DNA from: an uncultured archaeon
GTDB taxonomy: Archaea; Thermoplasmatota; Thermoplasmata; Thermoplasmatales; Thermoplasmataceae
Reading direction: 5' to 3'
DNA: 64,000 nucleotides
Assembly (NCBI GenBank): GCA_000965745.1
Contig: CP009479.1
Location: 1,920,001 to 1,984,000 of the forward strand
Of the stretch, positions 1 to 10,315 are shown one piece after another; within the stretch, counting starts at the first letter, position 1; the number at the start of each line of letters is the position of its first letter. Both the position numbers and the translations under genes were made by a program. The notes below the pieces were generated by a model. The model saw only the letters and a program-made list of their open reading frames with translations, made no database searches and was not told the DNA's origin.

Positions 1-266
1 CCTTGTAGCCTTTTTTTAAAAGCATCTATCACCAGGCTCTGGTCTCCTATGATCTTCTTGAGGTCATCGATCTCCTCGTCCCTGCTGTCAGAATTCCTTC
101 TCTGAGCCAGTGCAGATTTTCCTCCCTGGATGAACTGTTCTCTCCACTTGCTAAGTTGCACAGGATATATGCCGTGCCTCCGGCATATCTCCGCCTGTGT
201 CACATTGTCTGAGAAGGATTCCATGACGATCTGGAACTTCTCCTCAGCCGAATATTTGGACTTCAT
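1..266 (-). CDS. IS3-family transposase OrfA (HTH), runs off window; not in ORF track
   Basis: Manual translation MKSKYSAEEKFQIVMESFSDNVTQAEICRRHGIYPVQLSKWREQFIQGGKSALAQRRNSDSRDEEIDDLKKIIGDQSLVIDAFKKRLQ: HTH plus coiled coil. Confidence 0.85.
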   Translation of the reverse strand, partial: MKSKYSAEEKFQIVMESFSDNVTQAEICRRHGIYPVQLSKWREQFIQGGKSALAQRRNSDSRDEEIDDLKKIIGDQSLVIDAFKKRLQ

Positions 267-375
267 GAAGAGACCTCCATGTTCCGGAAAACCACTTTTC
301 GCATGCTCTTTATGTATCTGTTCTTGTCTATAATATTAATCCTAGAGTGTTCCAGTCCTATGATGGTTCGGTTCA
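1..375 (-). mobile_element. IS3-family insertion sequence, left end (element continues beyond window start)
   Basis: Minus strand begins TGAACCGAACCATCATAGGACTGGAACA at 375 (5'-TG end typical of IS3 inverted repeats), followed by a GGAGGT RBS and an OrfA-type HTH ORF. Confidence 0.8.
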
Positions 376-463
376 GGAGGCGTTAACGGAATGATGATAA
401 GATGTCTCTCCATTATTATCCACAATCACATTAATTACTTTAATAACCCCATCATGAGGGACT

Positions 464-1201
464 ATGGTAGATCTTATAAGAGAATCCATGGCTGGAAAAG
501 TAGCAGTCATACTGGGAGTTGGACCCGGACAGGGCATCACTGCCACAAAACTGTTCATAAACTTCGGTGCAAAAGTGGCTCTCATATCCAGGTCCGGAAA
601 CACTTTCGGTCTTGCAGAGTCTTCAACGATCAAGGCGTATAAGGCAGATGCGACGAATGAGGATGAACTCGTCGCCGCCAGGGACAAGATACTTTCAGAT
701 TATGGCCAGATAGACTTCCTCTATAATAACGTTGGAAAGTGGCTCGACCCGGGTAAATCACCGGCATTCCCGGACAAGGGTGAAATGGCTGATATGTTTG
801 AGTCCAATGTGCTGACACTTGAGAGTGCAACAAAGATTTTCTCTGATGCCATGAAGAAGAGTGGCGGTTCAATTGTCAATGTGGGTGCTGCTGAAAGCCT
901 GTTCAGGGGTAACACAATGTCTTACACGGTTGCAAAATCTGCCGTGACTGAGTTGACCAGGAAATCAGCTGAAGCCTTGAGAAAGTACAACATCAGGGTG
1001 AATTGCGTCCATCCGGGTTCTGTGCATGCCGAAGGCGATTACAGGCACATATTCCCGTTTAATTTCCAGAAGCTTGCTGATGGTACCGAACTTCATCCCA
1101 TAGAGGTCGGGTACGTGGGCGTCTTCCTTGCGAGTGAAATGGCATATGCAATTAACGGGCAGTCCATCACGGTTGACAGGGGATCAAAGACTGTTGATTA
1201 A
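464..1201 (+). CDS. SDR family oxidoreductase
   Basis: GVGPGQG Rossmann motif, NNVG, YxxxK (YTVAK), IRVNCVHPG; true start may be MAGKVAV. Confidence 0.9.
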   Translation: MVDLIRESMAGKVAVILGVGPGQGITATKLFINFGAKVALISRSGNTFGLAESSTIKAYKADATNEDELVAARDKILSDYGQIDFLYNNVGKWLDPGKSPAFPDKGEMADMFESNVLTLESATKIFSDAMKKSGGSIVNVGAAESLFRGNTMSYTVAKSAVTELTRKSAEALRKYNIRVNCVHPGSVHAEGDYRHIFPFNFQKLADGTELHPIEVGYVGVFLASEMAYAINGQSITVDRGSKTVD

Positions 1202-1345
1202 TCCCACTCCCACTATCTTTCCATGTCAACATGTTGAAATTTATTTATAATTTCCTGCAGATTTTGCAGTAAATATCTTGACTGCTTACAATTTTATAAT
1301 CACTATTCCAAACTTTTAATGTAGTCAGAAGCCATATGTTTAACC

Positions 1346-2893
1346 ATGTTTGACAACGAACAGACTTTTCTGAAAATGCAGAAAGAAGGGAAGGAAGAGG
1401 AGTTCCACAAACTTTATGAACAGGCTGTGGAAGATGTCAAAAAGTATTTTGGAAAGGAGTATCCGAACATCATTGCGGGTGAAGTTGTAGAATCAAAGAA
1501 GATCAAGGACATCAGCCCGACAGATGGCAAGGAGATCGCTACTTTCCAGCTTTCTTCAGTAGAAACGACCGAAAAGGCAATTGAAGTCCTGCATAACAAT
1601 TACAAATCATGGTACAGTCTTGGGTATGCCAAAAGAGCACACATTATACTGAATGCAGCCGATAAACTGTCAGAGGAAAAATTCAAGTTTTCTGCTCTAC
1701 TCGCTTATGAGAACGGCAAGAACAGATACGAGGCCATGGCTGACGTCGACGAAGGCATCGACTTCATGCGATATTATGCCCTGAACATGATAGAGAACGA
1801 AGGGTTTGACAGACTATCCGGAAAAGGATACCCTAATGAGGAGAGCAGGAGTGTCATGAAGCCCTATGGCGTGTTTGCAGTCATAGCACCTTTCAATTTC
1901 TTCGCGATCACAGTGGGAATGACAGTGGGCCCGCTTGTTGTCGGAAACGCTTCTATACTGAAACCCTCCAGCGATATTCCACTTTCATCTCACCTTTTCA
2001 TCAGGCTTCTCCATGAATCAGGAGTGCCAAAGGAGGTAGTTGCATACCTTTCAGGATCAGGTTCAGTAGTGGGCAAGATGCTGGTAGAGCACCCCAAGAT
2101 AGCTGGAGTTGTTTTCACAGGCTCGAGGGATGTAGGAATGCAGATATTCAGGAAGGCCACAGAATTCAGGCCAAAGCCAGTTATCACCGAGATGGGCGGA
2201 AAGGACGCAATCATAGTTTCAGACAAGGCTGACATAGACAAGGCGGTGGAAGGCGTTGCCAGGGCCGCATTTGGATTTTCAGGGCAGAAGTGCAGCGCAT
2301 GCTCCATCCTTTACGTCCACGAAAAGGTATACGACGAGTTCATGCCGAAACTTGTGGAAAGGACCGGAAAGATAACCCTTGGAGACCCAAGCAAGAGGGA
2401 GACCTTCATGGGCCCCGTCGTAAACAAGGATGCCTTCGAGAAATACAAGTCGCTTGTACCAACATTCGAGAAAGAGGGAAAAGTCATGGCCGGCGGGAAA
2501 GCACAGGACAGGGAAGGCTACTATGTGGAGCCTACAATAGTAGCAGATGTGAACAGAGACGCATACATTGCCAAGAATGAGCTGTTTCTCCCTGTTCTCG
2601 CGGTCGTGAAGGCCACTAGTGTTGAAGACGCTGTCAACGACATAAACAGGTCTGAATACGGGCTTACTGGAGGAATATTCACAGAAGACAGGGACGAAAT
2701 AGACTATTATTTCAGCAGTGCGGATGTTGGAGTCATATACGCCAACAGGGAAAGGGGAGGATCAACAGGAGCAATTGTAGGATCCAACCCATTCGTCGGC
2801 TGGAAGATGAGCGGAAGCACTGGAAAGGGTACCGGCTCTTACTATTATCTTCAGCAGTTCCTGAGAGAGCAGTCGCAGACCATAGCACATTAG
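1346..2893 (+). CDS. Aldehyde dehydrogenase, 1-pyrroline-5-carboxylate dehydrogenase type
   Basis: PFNF, FTGS, EMGGKD, FSGQKCSAC, ELFLP, YGLTG motifs. Confidence 0.85.
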   Translation: MFDNEQTFLKMQKEGKEEEFHKLYEQAVEDVKKYFGKEYPNIIAGEVVESKKIKDISPTDGKEIATFQLSSVETTEKAIEVLHNNYKSWYSLGYAKRAHIILNAADKLSEEKFKFSALLAYENGKNRYEAMADVDEGIDFMRYYALNMIENEGFDRLSGKGYPNEESRSVMKPYGVFAVIAPFNFFAITVGMTVGPLVVGNASILKPSSDIPLSSHLFIRLLHESGVPKEVVAYLSGSGSVVGKMLVEHPKIAGVVFTGSRDVGMQIFRKATEFRPKPVITEMGGKDAIIVSDKADIDKAVEGVARAAFGFSGQKCSACSILYVHEKVYDEFMPKLVERTGKITLGDPSKRETFMGPVVNKDAFEKYKSLVPTFEKEGKVMAGGKAQDREGYYVEPTIVADVNRDAYIAKNELFLPVLAVVKATSVEDAVNDINRSEYGLTGGIFTEDRDEIDYYFSSADVGVIYANRERGGSTGAIVGSNPFVGWKMSGSTGKGTGSYYYLQQFLREQSQTIAH

Positions 2894-3552
2894 ACGAGCC
2901 TTTTCAGGCTCTCAAAATTTTTTAATTCGGACACTACACGTATGTTGAGCTTCTCAACCAGAAGGTCCTTGAATTTCTTTTGAACTTCCTCAAAACTGAT
3001 TTTCATGCCAGCCTCATCCTCCATGCTGGTCATTACAGATGATGAAAATCCGCAAGGATGAATGCGGTCAAAAGCTTTTAGATCTGTGGAAACGTTGAGT
3101 GCGATCCCATGGAGGGTGGAGGATTCCTTTATGGCAAACCCTATTGAGCAGATTTTTCTTCCCGAAGTCCAGACACCAGTCTCCTTGCCGAGCCTTCCTT
3201 CACCTTTGATGCCGTATTCATCGAGCAGCTCTGAGATTGCTGCCTGGACAGACTGGATTACGGCCTTTATGTTTGTTTTTCTCTCCATGAGGTTGAGGAT
3301 AAAATAAACAACCATCTGCCCTGGGCCGTGATAGGTGATTGAGCCTCCGCGCTCTATCTGCACAGGAACGATTGACTGATCAACAATTTCGCCAGGGTTC
3401 TTGTGGAGGCCCACAGTATAAACAGGGGGGTGCTCATTGAATATTACCAGATCCGGGATAACGAGCTTGTTCCGTGCCTGGTTCAGAATGCGCTGTACCT
3501 CAAGCATGTCATGATATTGAGTCTGACCTACCACTGCTATTATGCCATCCAA
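2890..3552 (-). CDS. lipB: Lipoyl(octanoyl) transferase
   Basis: EHPPVYTVG, RGGSITYHGPGQ, KICSIG, HGIALNV, PCG motifs. Confidence 0.92.
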   Translation of the reverse strand: MDGIIAVVGQTQYHDMLEVQRILNQARNKLVIPDLVIFNEHPPVYTVGLHKNPGEIVDQSIVPVQIERGGSITYHGPGQMVVYFILNLMERKTNIKAVIQSVQAAISELLDEYGIKGEGRLGKETGVWTSGRKICSIGFAIKESSTLHGIALNVSTDLKAFDRIHPCGFSSSVMTSMEDEAGMKISFEEVQKKFKDLLVEKLNIRVVSELKNFESLKRLV

Positions 3553-3677
3553 TTAAACCAGCACCACGGGAGATAACATGGAATTCGGAACTTCTGCAAA
3601 TGTTTTTACATTATGTTATATGTGTGAGATGAGACCATCCTGCAATTGCGGATGAAGCCAACCCGGAGGAAGATACA

Positions 3678-4721
3678 ATGAATGCGGTTAGAGAGATCAG
3701 CGACAAATTTACTGAAGAAAAACTGGACCCAAAGCTTGGGCAGAAAAGGAATGAAATCATTGCCAACCCAGGAATGCGATATGATTACAGCCTGATCCAG
3801 ATTACTGATGAAAAGATCATGGGCATGGCGTCTGACGATGCAATTTACATAAGTAAGCTTCCACCCGATAAATCCGCGTATCTGACTTTCCACAAATCCG
3901 CTGACAAACTTGGTTCATCCGGAGTTATGCCTGAATACCTTGGAGTGAGTGTACATATGCCTTCAGGAATTGAGGAAGATGCACTGTCACATTTTTGGAA
4001 CAGCCTTAACATGGAATCCAAGAAATTTCAGGTAGCCATCACCGGGAGAAATGTTTCAGTAAGTGAGGAAACAAAAGAACCATTTGTAGGAGGGACCACA
4101 ATAATGGGCACTTCCATGAAGGCGTTTCACGTCACTCCCCGGGGAGCGGTTGGTGGAGACCGGATACTTATGACAAAGACATCAGGCCTTGAAGCTACAA
4201 CACTGCTATCACACCTTTTCCCCGAATTCATAGAAGAGAAGATAGGGGAGTATAACCAGAAGATGGCGCAGAAGCTTTTCTTCAAAACCTCATCGCTGCA
4301 GGAGGAGCAGGAAGCCTTGAAATTCGGGCTTGGAAAGAATGGGGTAACTTCCATGAAAGCCGTAAGGGATAGAGGTGTCCTTGGTGCACTTGAGGAGTAC
4401 TCAAGGGCAGGGGGATTCGGCGTGGAGGTTGATTTTGACCAGATCCCGGTCTATGACGAGGTGAAGGAGATATGCGAACTTTTCGAGCTTGACCCCTATA
4501 GGACCAGTTCAATGGGTGCACTACTCCTGACATTGCCAGAGGAGGTAGCCGAAGACTTTTCAAAGGCACTCATAGGTAATGGGATAGATGTAGCTGACAT
4601 CGGGAAGATAGACAGGGAATCAAACCTGGTAAAACTTAACGGGTACAAGGAGCACGAAGATTCCTCCAACGATGGCAGATCCTTCTATAACCTTTTTTCT
4701 GCATTTGAAGGGAAGGCCTGA
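3678..4721 (+). CDS. AIR synthase-related (PurM/HypE-like fold) protein with degenerate motifs
   Basis: GDRILMTK, LDPY..SSMGALL and IGKI layout of AIRS-family proteins. Confidence 0.7.
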   Translation: MNAVREISDKFTEEKLDPKLGQKRNEIIANPGMRYDYSLIQITDEKIMGMASDDAIYISKLPPDKSAYLTFHKSADKLGSSGVMPEYLGVSVHMPSGIEEDALSHFWNSLNMESKKFQVAITGRNVSVSEETKEPFVGGTTIMGTSMKAFHVTPRGAVGGDRILMTKTSGLEATTLLSHLFPEFIEEKIGEYNQKMAQKLFFKTSSLQEEQEALKFGLGKNGVTSMKAVRDRGVLGALEEYSRAGGFGVEVDFDQIPVYDEVKEICELFELDPYRTSSMGALLLTLPEEVAEDFSKALIGNGIDVADIGKIDRESNLVKLNGYKEHEDSSNDGRSFYNLFSAFEGKA

Positions 4722-4785
4722 CTTATTTGCGCCGATTGCCCCTCCCCGGAAGCTTCCAATGGAATATGATAAATTCTATTACATT

Positions 4786-5586
4786 ATGAACATGAAAGAA
4801 GGCAGTGCAATTATGGTTCCGGGTCAGGCTGAAATAACACAGCTCATGATAATGCTCAATATCTTCGATGGAGTGAGCAGGCCTTCAGACATATCAAGGA
4901 ATATTGACATCACTCTCCAGGGTGTGCAGTATCACCTTAAGATTCTCAAGAACAGAGGATTGGTCAATGATGACAACTCTATTTCCCAGAAAGGGTTTGA
5001 ATACCTGTACTCCGGGCTCAACAACATGAGGAGCTTTGTCTCCGAGAACATTTTCAAGCTTGACAGGGTAATAACCTGGGAGGCAATCAGCAGGGGCACA
5101 ATCACAAAGGGGGACACCGTGTATCTCAAAATGGAAGACGGCTACCTCTCTGCCTACGGAGAGAAAGTGTCGGAATCAAGAGGAGTAAGCATCTCCGACA
5201 GCAAAGAGGGTGGGATTGTGGGTGTTACCAGTGTTGAAGGAATTATCGACCTTGAGGTGAAAGGTGTCACGATCGTAATCCTGCCTGATGTTGAACAGCT
5301 GTACATGGAAGCGGAAAGTGTCCTCCTTAGGGTCAAAGACCAGATCCAGGGGGATAAGGCTGACCTGTTCGCAGTAATAGGCGAGGAAGCACTATATGTC
5401 TCGCGCGAAGTTGGAATAGATAACCCGATCAAATATGCCCCACTTGAGGCAAGCTTCGAAGCTGCAAGCAGAGGTATGTCTGCAACGGTGATAGTAAGTA
5501 ACCGGAGATTCAGGCTTATACTCGAGGAGCTCAAAGCCCTAGAGAACAGAAATGAGGAAGTTTCGGTTAGGATAATAACCATTTGA
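4786..5586 (+). CDS. Archaeal winged-HTH transcriptional regulator (COG1497-like)
   Basis: ISRNIDITLQGVQYHLKILKNRGLV HTH; GDTVYLKMEDGYL; EAASRG; start taken at the MNMKE ATG (approximate). Confidence 0.7.
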   Translation: MNMKEGSAIMVPGQAEITQLMIMLNIFDGVSRPSDISRNIDITLQGVQYHLKILKNRGLVNDDNSISQKGFEYLYSGLNNMRSFVSENIFKLDRVITWEAISRGTITKGDTVYLKMEDGYLSAYGEKVSESRGVSISDSKEGGIVGVTSVEGIIDLEVKGVTIVILPDVEQLYMEAESVLLRVKDQIQGDKADLFAVIGEEALYVSREVGIDNPIKYAPLEASFEAASRGMSATVIVSNRRFRLILEELKALENRNEEVSVRIITI

Positions 5587-5765
5587 TGATATTGTATAAT
5601 ATAATTTTGAATATATATTTAATCAATATTTAATTTGTACCGTATGTCTTATTGCGTTATATTTTGTAATAAAAATAAAAATGAAATTTGAGAGATTTTA
5701 TAAATATTTAAATACAACATATTTATTAAGTGGATTACCAACAGAGGTGAATAAGATGGAGGACG

Positions 5766-6164
5766 ATGAAGGTGGCCGTGGGCGTTCATATCATTGCAGA
5801 TCTCTATGGTGTAGATTCGGAAGTAATATCCGAGGCTAGCAGGCTCTACCCCATCATGGAAGGCGCTGTTAAGTTCGGTGGATTGACAAAAATCTCATCG
5901 GATTATTACCAGTTTCAGCCCCGTGGTGCGAGTGGCATTGTTCTGCTTGCCGAGTCCCATCTCTCGTTTCACACATGGCCCGAGCATGGACTGGTGACAC
6001 TTGACATATACACCTGTGGGGACCCAAAGACTGCTGATTCAGCGCTCGAATACGTTCTCAATGAGCTTAAACCGACCAGTATCGATTGCAAAAGGATTAC
6101 CAGAGGAGAAAAGCTCGATGAGAATGTGCCCATAGCAAAAGCAGCCGAAGCAATAACACCATAA
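5766..6164 (+). CDS. speH: S-adenosylmethionine decarboxylase proenzyme (pyruvoyl)
   Basis: GVHIIADLYG, LAESHLSFHTWPE, DIYTCG; could instead be the paralogous arginine decarboxylase. Confidence 0.85.
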   Translation: MKVAVGVHIIADLYGVDSEVISEASRLYPIMEGAVKFGGLTKISSDYYQFQPRGASGIVLLAESHLSFHTWPEHGLVTLDIYTCGDPKTADSALEYVLNELKPTSIDCKRITRGEKLDENVPIAKAAEAITP

Positions 6165-6183
6165 AATTTGACAAAACCAACAT

Positions 6184-6210
6184 ATTATTTTCTTTTTATT
6201 TTGTTTGTTT
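6184..6210 (+). terminator. Oligo-T archaeal terminator after speH
   Basis: T-rich tract just downstream of the stop codon, in a convergent gap. Confidence 0.45.
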
Positions 6211-6291
6211 GCCCTGCAAATACTTATGAAATTTTAAACAGGTAAGGTCCAGGATGCCAGTCATTTGAGCGGAATTTCAAAATAGATCTAT

Positions 6292-8046
6292 TCAGACCTT
6301 TGTTCCCCAGAATATATTTTCCTTCCTCTTGATTTTAATAATTTCCTCAAGAGTTTCCATGGTTCCGGAGTCCATTTCATGCTCGCGAAGCTTCTTCACA
6401 ACATCTTCAGAGATGTCAACATACAACGCTTCGCTGGGAAAAATATGGCGATTAAGCGTAACCCCCTCGATCGAGATTGCCACTTCTGCTGGTGCTGAGG
6501 CGGAACGCTTGTTGACTTCGTTATCCCTTATGCTCTTGATGGTTCCAGCCGACCTTCCGTCGGCTTTGATAAGCCTGTCCCCTACCTTTATCTCCCCAGT
6601 GTGAATCTTGACGCCCACTATGACAGGCTTCGTAGTCCTGAAAATATAGTCCGGAATAATCGTGATCTTTGATGGGATCGGCATCTTACTCTTTCTTGCC
6701 TCTTCTATCTCCCTCTTCTTGTACTTTAGCCACTTCTCGGTGTCGTCAACGAGAGAGTAGATTACGTTTCCAACCATCACGCCAACATCGGTTGCCATCG
6801 ATTCCTCCCTGGCTTCCTGGTGGAATGAAACGTTGAATCCGAGTATAATCCTGTCAAGCGGCTCGTTAAGTGTTTCTGCATCCACAATGTCTCTTTTGGT
6901 GATATCTCCAATCTGGGCCGACCTGATAGGAATACCATGCTGGTTCAGTTCAAATGAAAGCGCTTCCAGTGAGCCGAGTGCTTCTGCTTTGATCGTCACT
7001 CCATTTGGAGACAGCTCAATGTCGGGCTGAGATTCCTTGAGTATTTCTACAAACGCATCGCTTGGGTCTTCTCCTACTACTATGATAGGGGAGCCGGGGA
7101 TGACATCAAAACGGTCGGTGATCAGTATTCTCACACCCGATGCAGCAACGATCAGATTTTTCTCCTGCAGTGATGATCCACGCGTTCCGGGATTTACGAG
7201 CATGGCTTTGATCCTGGTTACTTTTGGGCCTTCATTGGTGTTTATGGCGATAGAATCCCCCTTCTTCAGTTTTCCCTGGTAAAGAACAGTATCCAACGTT
7301 GTGCCCAGGGATTCTTCCCTTTTCACTTCTATGACGGTTCCCCTCCCTTCAGATTCGGAGAAGGTGATGTTTTTCTCCAGAAACCTCTGGGCAAGCCCGG
7401 AAAGCGTGACGAGTGTGTCCTGAATGCCAACTCTCATTTTTCCGCTGGCAGGTATTATCGCAACTGTTTTTGTGAAATCCCGCACTCTGTCATACCGGTC
7501 ACTTTGAAGGCCATGGGAGTAAAGATTGTTAACGAGATTGTACAGGCGTTTGTCGAGTTCTTCAATATATTCTGGCCTCTGCTCCTTTTCAAATTCCTTG
7601 AAAGTCACATCGTTTGCCTCTCTTACAAGGGGTACAAGGTCAATTTTATTGGCTACAATGATGAATGGAGTCTTGAATTTCTTGAGAATATTTATCGACT
7701 CTACAGTCTGGGGCATCAGTCCTTCGTTTATATCCACTACAAGAATTGCTATATCAGCCAGTGCCCCACCCCTAGCTCTCATATTGGCGAAGGCAACGTG
7801 ACCCGGAGTATCGATAAACAAGAGGCCTGGAATTCGGAGTGATTTTCCACCCAACAGCTTCTTGATGTCCTTTTCGATCGACTTCACATCAACATTGGTG
7901 GCGCCTATTCTCTGGGTAATGCCGCCAACCTCTTTCTTGGCAACATAGGTTCCCCTTATTGCATCAAGGATGGTTGTCTTACCATGGTCCACGTGACCAA
8001 GGACGCACACAATGGGCTGTCTGAGTGAATTATTATACATACTCAC
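6292..8046 (-). CDS. infB: Translation initiation factor aIF5B (IF-2)
   Basis: LRQPIVCVLGHVDHGKT, GGITQRIGA, DTPGH, NKID. Confidence 0.97.
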   Translation of the reverse strand: MSMYNNSLRQPIVCVLGHVDHGKTTILDAIRGTYVAKKEVGGITQRIGATNVDVKSIEKDIKKLLGGKSLRIPGLLFIDTPGHVAFANMRARGGALADIAILVVDINEGLMPQTVESINILKKFKTPFIIVANKIDLVPLVREANDVTFKEFEKEQRPEYIEELDKRLYNLVNNLYSHGLQSDRYDRVRDFTKTVAIIPASGKMRVGIQDTLVTLSGLAQRFLEKNITFSESEGRGTVIEVKREESLGTTLDTVLYQGKLKKGDSIAINTNEGPKVTRIKAMLVNPGTRGSSLQEKNLIVAASGVRILITDRFDVIPGSPIIVVGEDPSDAFVEILKESQPDIELSPNGVTIKAEALGSLEALSFELNQHGIPIRSAQIGDITKRDIVDAETLNEPLDRIILGFNVSFHQEAREESMATDVGVMVGNVIYSLVDDTEKWLKYKKREIEEARKSKMPIPSKITIIPDYIFRTTKPVIVGVKIHTGEIKVGDRLIKADGRSAGTIKSIRDNEVNKRSASAPAEVAISIEGVTLNRHIFPSEALYVDISEDVVKKLREHEMDSGTMETLEEIIKIKRKENIFWGTKV

Positions 8047-8050
8047 CTCT

Positions 8051-8503
8051 TCAGAGGATTAAAGCTTCATCTCCGTAGACGAACTCATGGATTTCATTCT
8101 TTTCAAAGAATATCGGGCACTCATGGTCGAAAGATTCCTGAGCATCTGATGCGTGTATTATGTTCTTTTCAATACCTGCTGAAAAATCGCCCCTTATAGT
8201 GCCTGGTTCAGCTTTGGAGCCATCTGTTGCGCCACATAACTTCCTGGAAACCGATATTGCGTCTTTGCCCTCGAAAACAAAGGCAAAAATCGGGCCCGAG
8301 CAAATGTATTCCACAAGTCCGGCGAAAAAAGGTTTGCCTTTGTGGACTGAATAGTGTTTCTCTGCCTGGTCCTTTGATAGTGTCAGCATCTTTGCTGCAA
8401 CTACCTTCATTCCCTTGTCCTCAAAGCGCTGCAAAATTCTGCCTGTTAACCTTCTTTTGACTCCGTCTGGTTTTATAAGTATTAATGTTTTCTCCGTAGT
8501 CAT
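8051..8503 (-). CDS. ndk: Nucleoside diphosphate kinase
   Basis: IKPDGV, PGTIRGDF, NIIHASD. Confidence 0.97.
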   Translation of the reverse strand: MTTEKTLILIKPDGVKRRLTGRILQRFEDKGMKVVAAKMLTLSKDQAEKHYSVHKGKPFFAGLVEYICSGPIFAFVFEGKDAISVSRKLCGATDGSKAEPGTIRGDFSAGIEKNIIHASDAQESFDHECPIFFEKNEIHEFVYGDEALIL

Positions 8504-8522
8504 TGACAACACCCAAAAAAAA

Positions 8523-8741
8523 TTAGGATTTGGAAGACTGTTTCCTAGTCTCCTTTATGCTATGGTATTCGTTGGTCCACCTGGTCTTCCTCGAAACTCT
8601 CTTAAGTTTGAGCATGTTAACCCTGCATTTTCTGCTGCAGAAATGGAGAGGCATGCCGTCCTTCCTGACGTGGATCATTCCAGTCCCTGGTTCTATCTGT
8701 GTTCCACAGAATGTACAGACTCTTCCCACCACTTTTATCAC
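8523..8741 (-). CDS. rpl24e: 50S ribosomal protein L24e
   Basis: CTFCG..IEPGTG..FCSRKC..WT. Confidence 0.97.
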   Translation of the reverse strand: MIKVVGRVCTFCGTQIEPGTGMIHVRKDGMPLHFCSRKCRVNMLKLKRVSRKTRWTNEYHSIKETRKQSSKS

Positions 8742-8947
8742 CTTATAGAGAGTTTCTTGGCTTCACGCGCTGTTTCTCTGAGCATCAGGATATCTCCGAC
8801 CTTTACGGGGCCGAGGACATTTCTCGCAATGATCCTACCCTGATCTCTGCCCGAAAGTACCCTTACCTTTACTGTCGTGGCTTCCCCGGTCATGCCGGTT
8901 TTTCCCATAAGCTCAAGTACTTCCGCAGGGGTAGCGTCTTCTGCCAT
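8738..8947 (-). CDS. rps28e: 30S ribosomal protein S28e
   Basis: [28 protein letters not shown]. Confidence 0.97.
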   Translation of the reverse strand: MAEDATPAEVLELMGKTGMTGEATTVKVRVLSGRDQGRIIARNVLGPVKVGDILMLRETAREAKKLSIR

Positions 8948-8957
8948 TTCAGTTCAC

Positions 8958-9326
8958 CTACTTCCTTATCTCAGTAAGCTCAGCTACAATTGATTTGTAA
9001 GCCTCGTCGCTCTTTCCATAATCAACAACTGATATGGATGCGGCTGAAGCGATTCCAACCTTTGCGCCAAGATCTGCCTTGTTCTTCACATACCCGTAGG
9101 GTATCTTTCTCTCATCACAGAGCATGGGCAGGTAGTAGACAACCTCAGGCGGACTTACGTCCTCTGATATTATCACAAATTTACTTTCTCCTCGCTCTAC
9201 AGATTTTATAACCTCGTTGGTTCCTTTCTTAATCTTTCCACTCCTATATGAGTTCTCAGCGAGATCAAGTATTTTCTTCTCAAGAGACTCGGGAGTTTCG
9301 AATTTAACGAATGATCCTTTTTCCAT
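8958..9326 (-). CDS. rpl7ae: 50S ribosomal protein L7Ae
   Basis: KKGTNEVIKSVERG, EDVSPPEV, LGAKVG. Confidence 0.97.
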   Translation of the reverse strand: MEKGSFVKFETPESLEKKILDLAENSYRSGKIKKGTNEVIKSVERGESKFVIISEDVSPPEVVYYLPMLCDERKIPYGYVKNKADLGAKVGIASAASISVVDYGKSDEAYKSIVAELTEIRK

Positions 9327-9367
9327 TCTATTTCCTCCTTCACTAGGTGAGTGTAAAGCGCAAAAGC

Positions 9368-10261
9368 CTATTTATACCTTTGGAGCAGGCGCTCTGCCCT
9401 TTCCAGTTCACTATCAATCAGCTTCATCTCATGATCCGATGGGGGCACCATAGGCGACCGGTACCCCCCATCTATGCCGAATTTTTTGTAGAATGCATAA
9501 TAGTATCCCGTGGGGAACTGGGGAATGTTTATGGCCTTGATCAGCGGGTTTATAATTTTCATCTGTATCTCAAGCGCTGCATTCTTGTCCCCTGAAACAT
9601 AGTGGGACAGCAAGCCTGTAACCGAAGCCGAGAAGTTGGACAACCCGCATACGCCTCCACTGGCCCCAAGGCTCATGGAAGCAAGCAGCAGATCGTCCTG
9701 ACCCTGAAACACGTCAAAATTATTGTCCCTCATGTCCACAAGCCTTGAGAAATAGCGCATGTCCCCCGAACTTTCCTTAGCTCCAACTATGTTCGAGTAC
9801 CCATTCTTCAGTTCATTCATGGTCTCGTTTTCTATCCAGGCTCCTGCCAATTGGGGAATATTGTAAATAAAAAATGGCATATCGTTCGTTCCCAGAACAT
9901 CCCTGAATTGTTTAAGTATCCATTTCTGGGAAGGCATGATATAATATGTAGGCATCAGGACTGAAGCGTCCGCTCCTGAATCCTTTGCATGCTGGCTGAG
10001 TTCCACTGATTCGTTGACGTTTGAAGAGCCCACACCAGCTATTACCTTCATTTTTCCAGAGTGTTCAACTATGTGGGATATGAAATCCTTCTTTTCAGCT
10101 GTGCTAAGCCATGGGAATAGACCTGTTGACCCCAAAGGAAATGCACCAGATACCCCGGTAGCCTTCAAAAAGTCGAGCAACTCTGAAGTGGCATCATAAT
10201 CAATATTGCCATCTTTTTTGAATGGAGTCAAGATCGGTGTTATTATTCCATCGTAGCCCAT
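9368..10261 (-). CDS. DHDPS/NAL-family class I aldolase (possibly KDG aldolase-like)
   Basis: TPF, GSTG, YNIPQ, Schiff-base KESSGD. Confidence 0.85.
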   Translation of the reverse strand: MGYDGIITPILTPFKKDGNIDYDATSELLDFLKATGVSGAFPLGSTGLFPWLSTAEKKDFISHIVEHSGKMKVIAGVGSSNVNESVELSQHAKDSGADASVLMPTYYIMPSQKWILKQFRDVLGTNDMPFFIYNIPQLAGAWIENETMNELKNGYSNIVGAKESSGDMRYFSRLVDMRDNNFDVFQGQDDLLLASMSLGASGGVCGLSNFSASVTGLLSHYVSGDKNAALEIQMKIINPLIKAINIPQFPTGYYYAFYKKFGIDGGYRSPMVPPSDHEMKLIDSELERAERLLQRYK

Positions 10262-10315
10262 GGTCTTGATAAGAATTCAACTGTTAATTAAATTAGTGAA
10301 TGGGTGGGAGATTGA

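Noticed and set aside
9-20. A7 run at the end of IS3 orfA as a -1 frameshift site
   Set aside because: In the orfA frame it reads TTT AAA AAA AGG, not the canonical A AAA AAG phase, and orfB is outside the window
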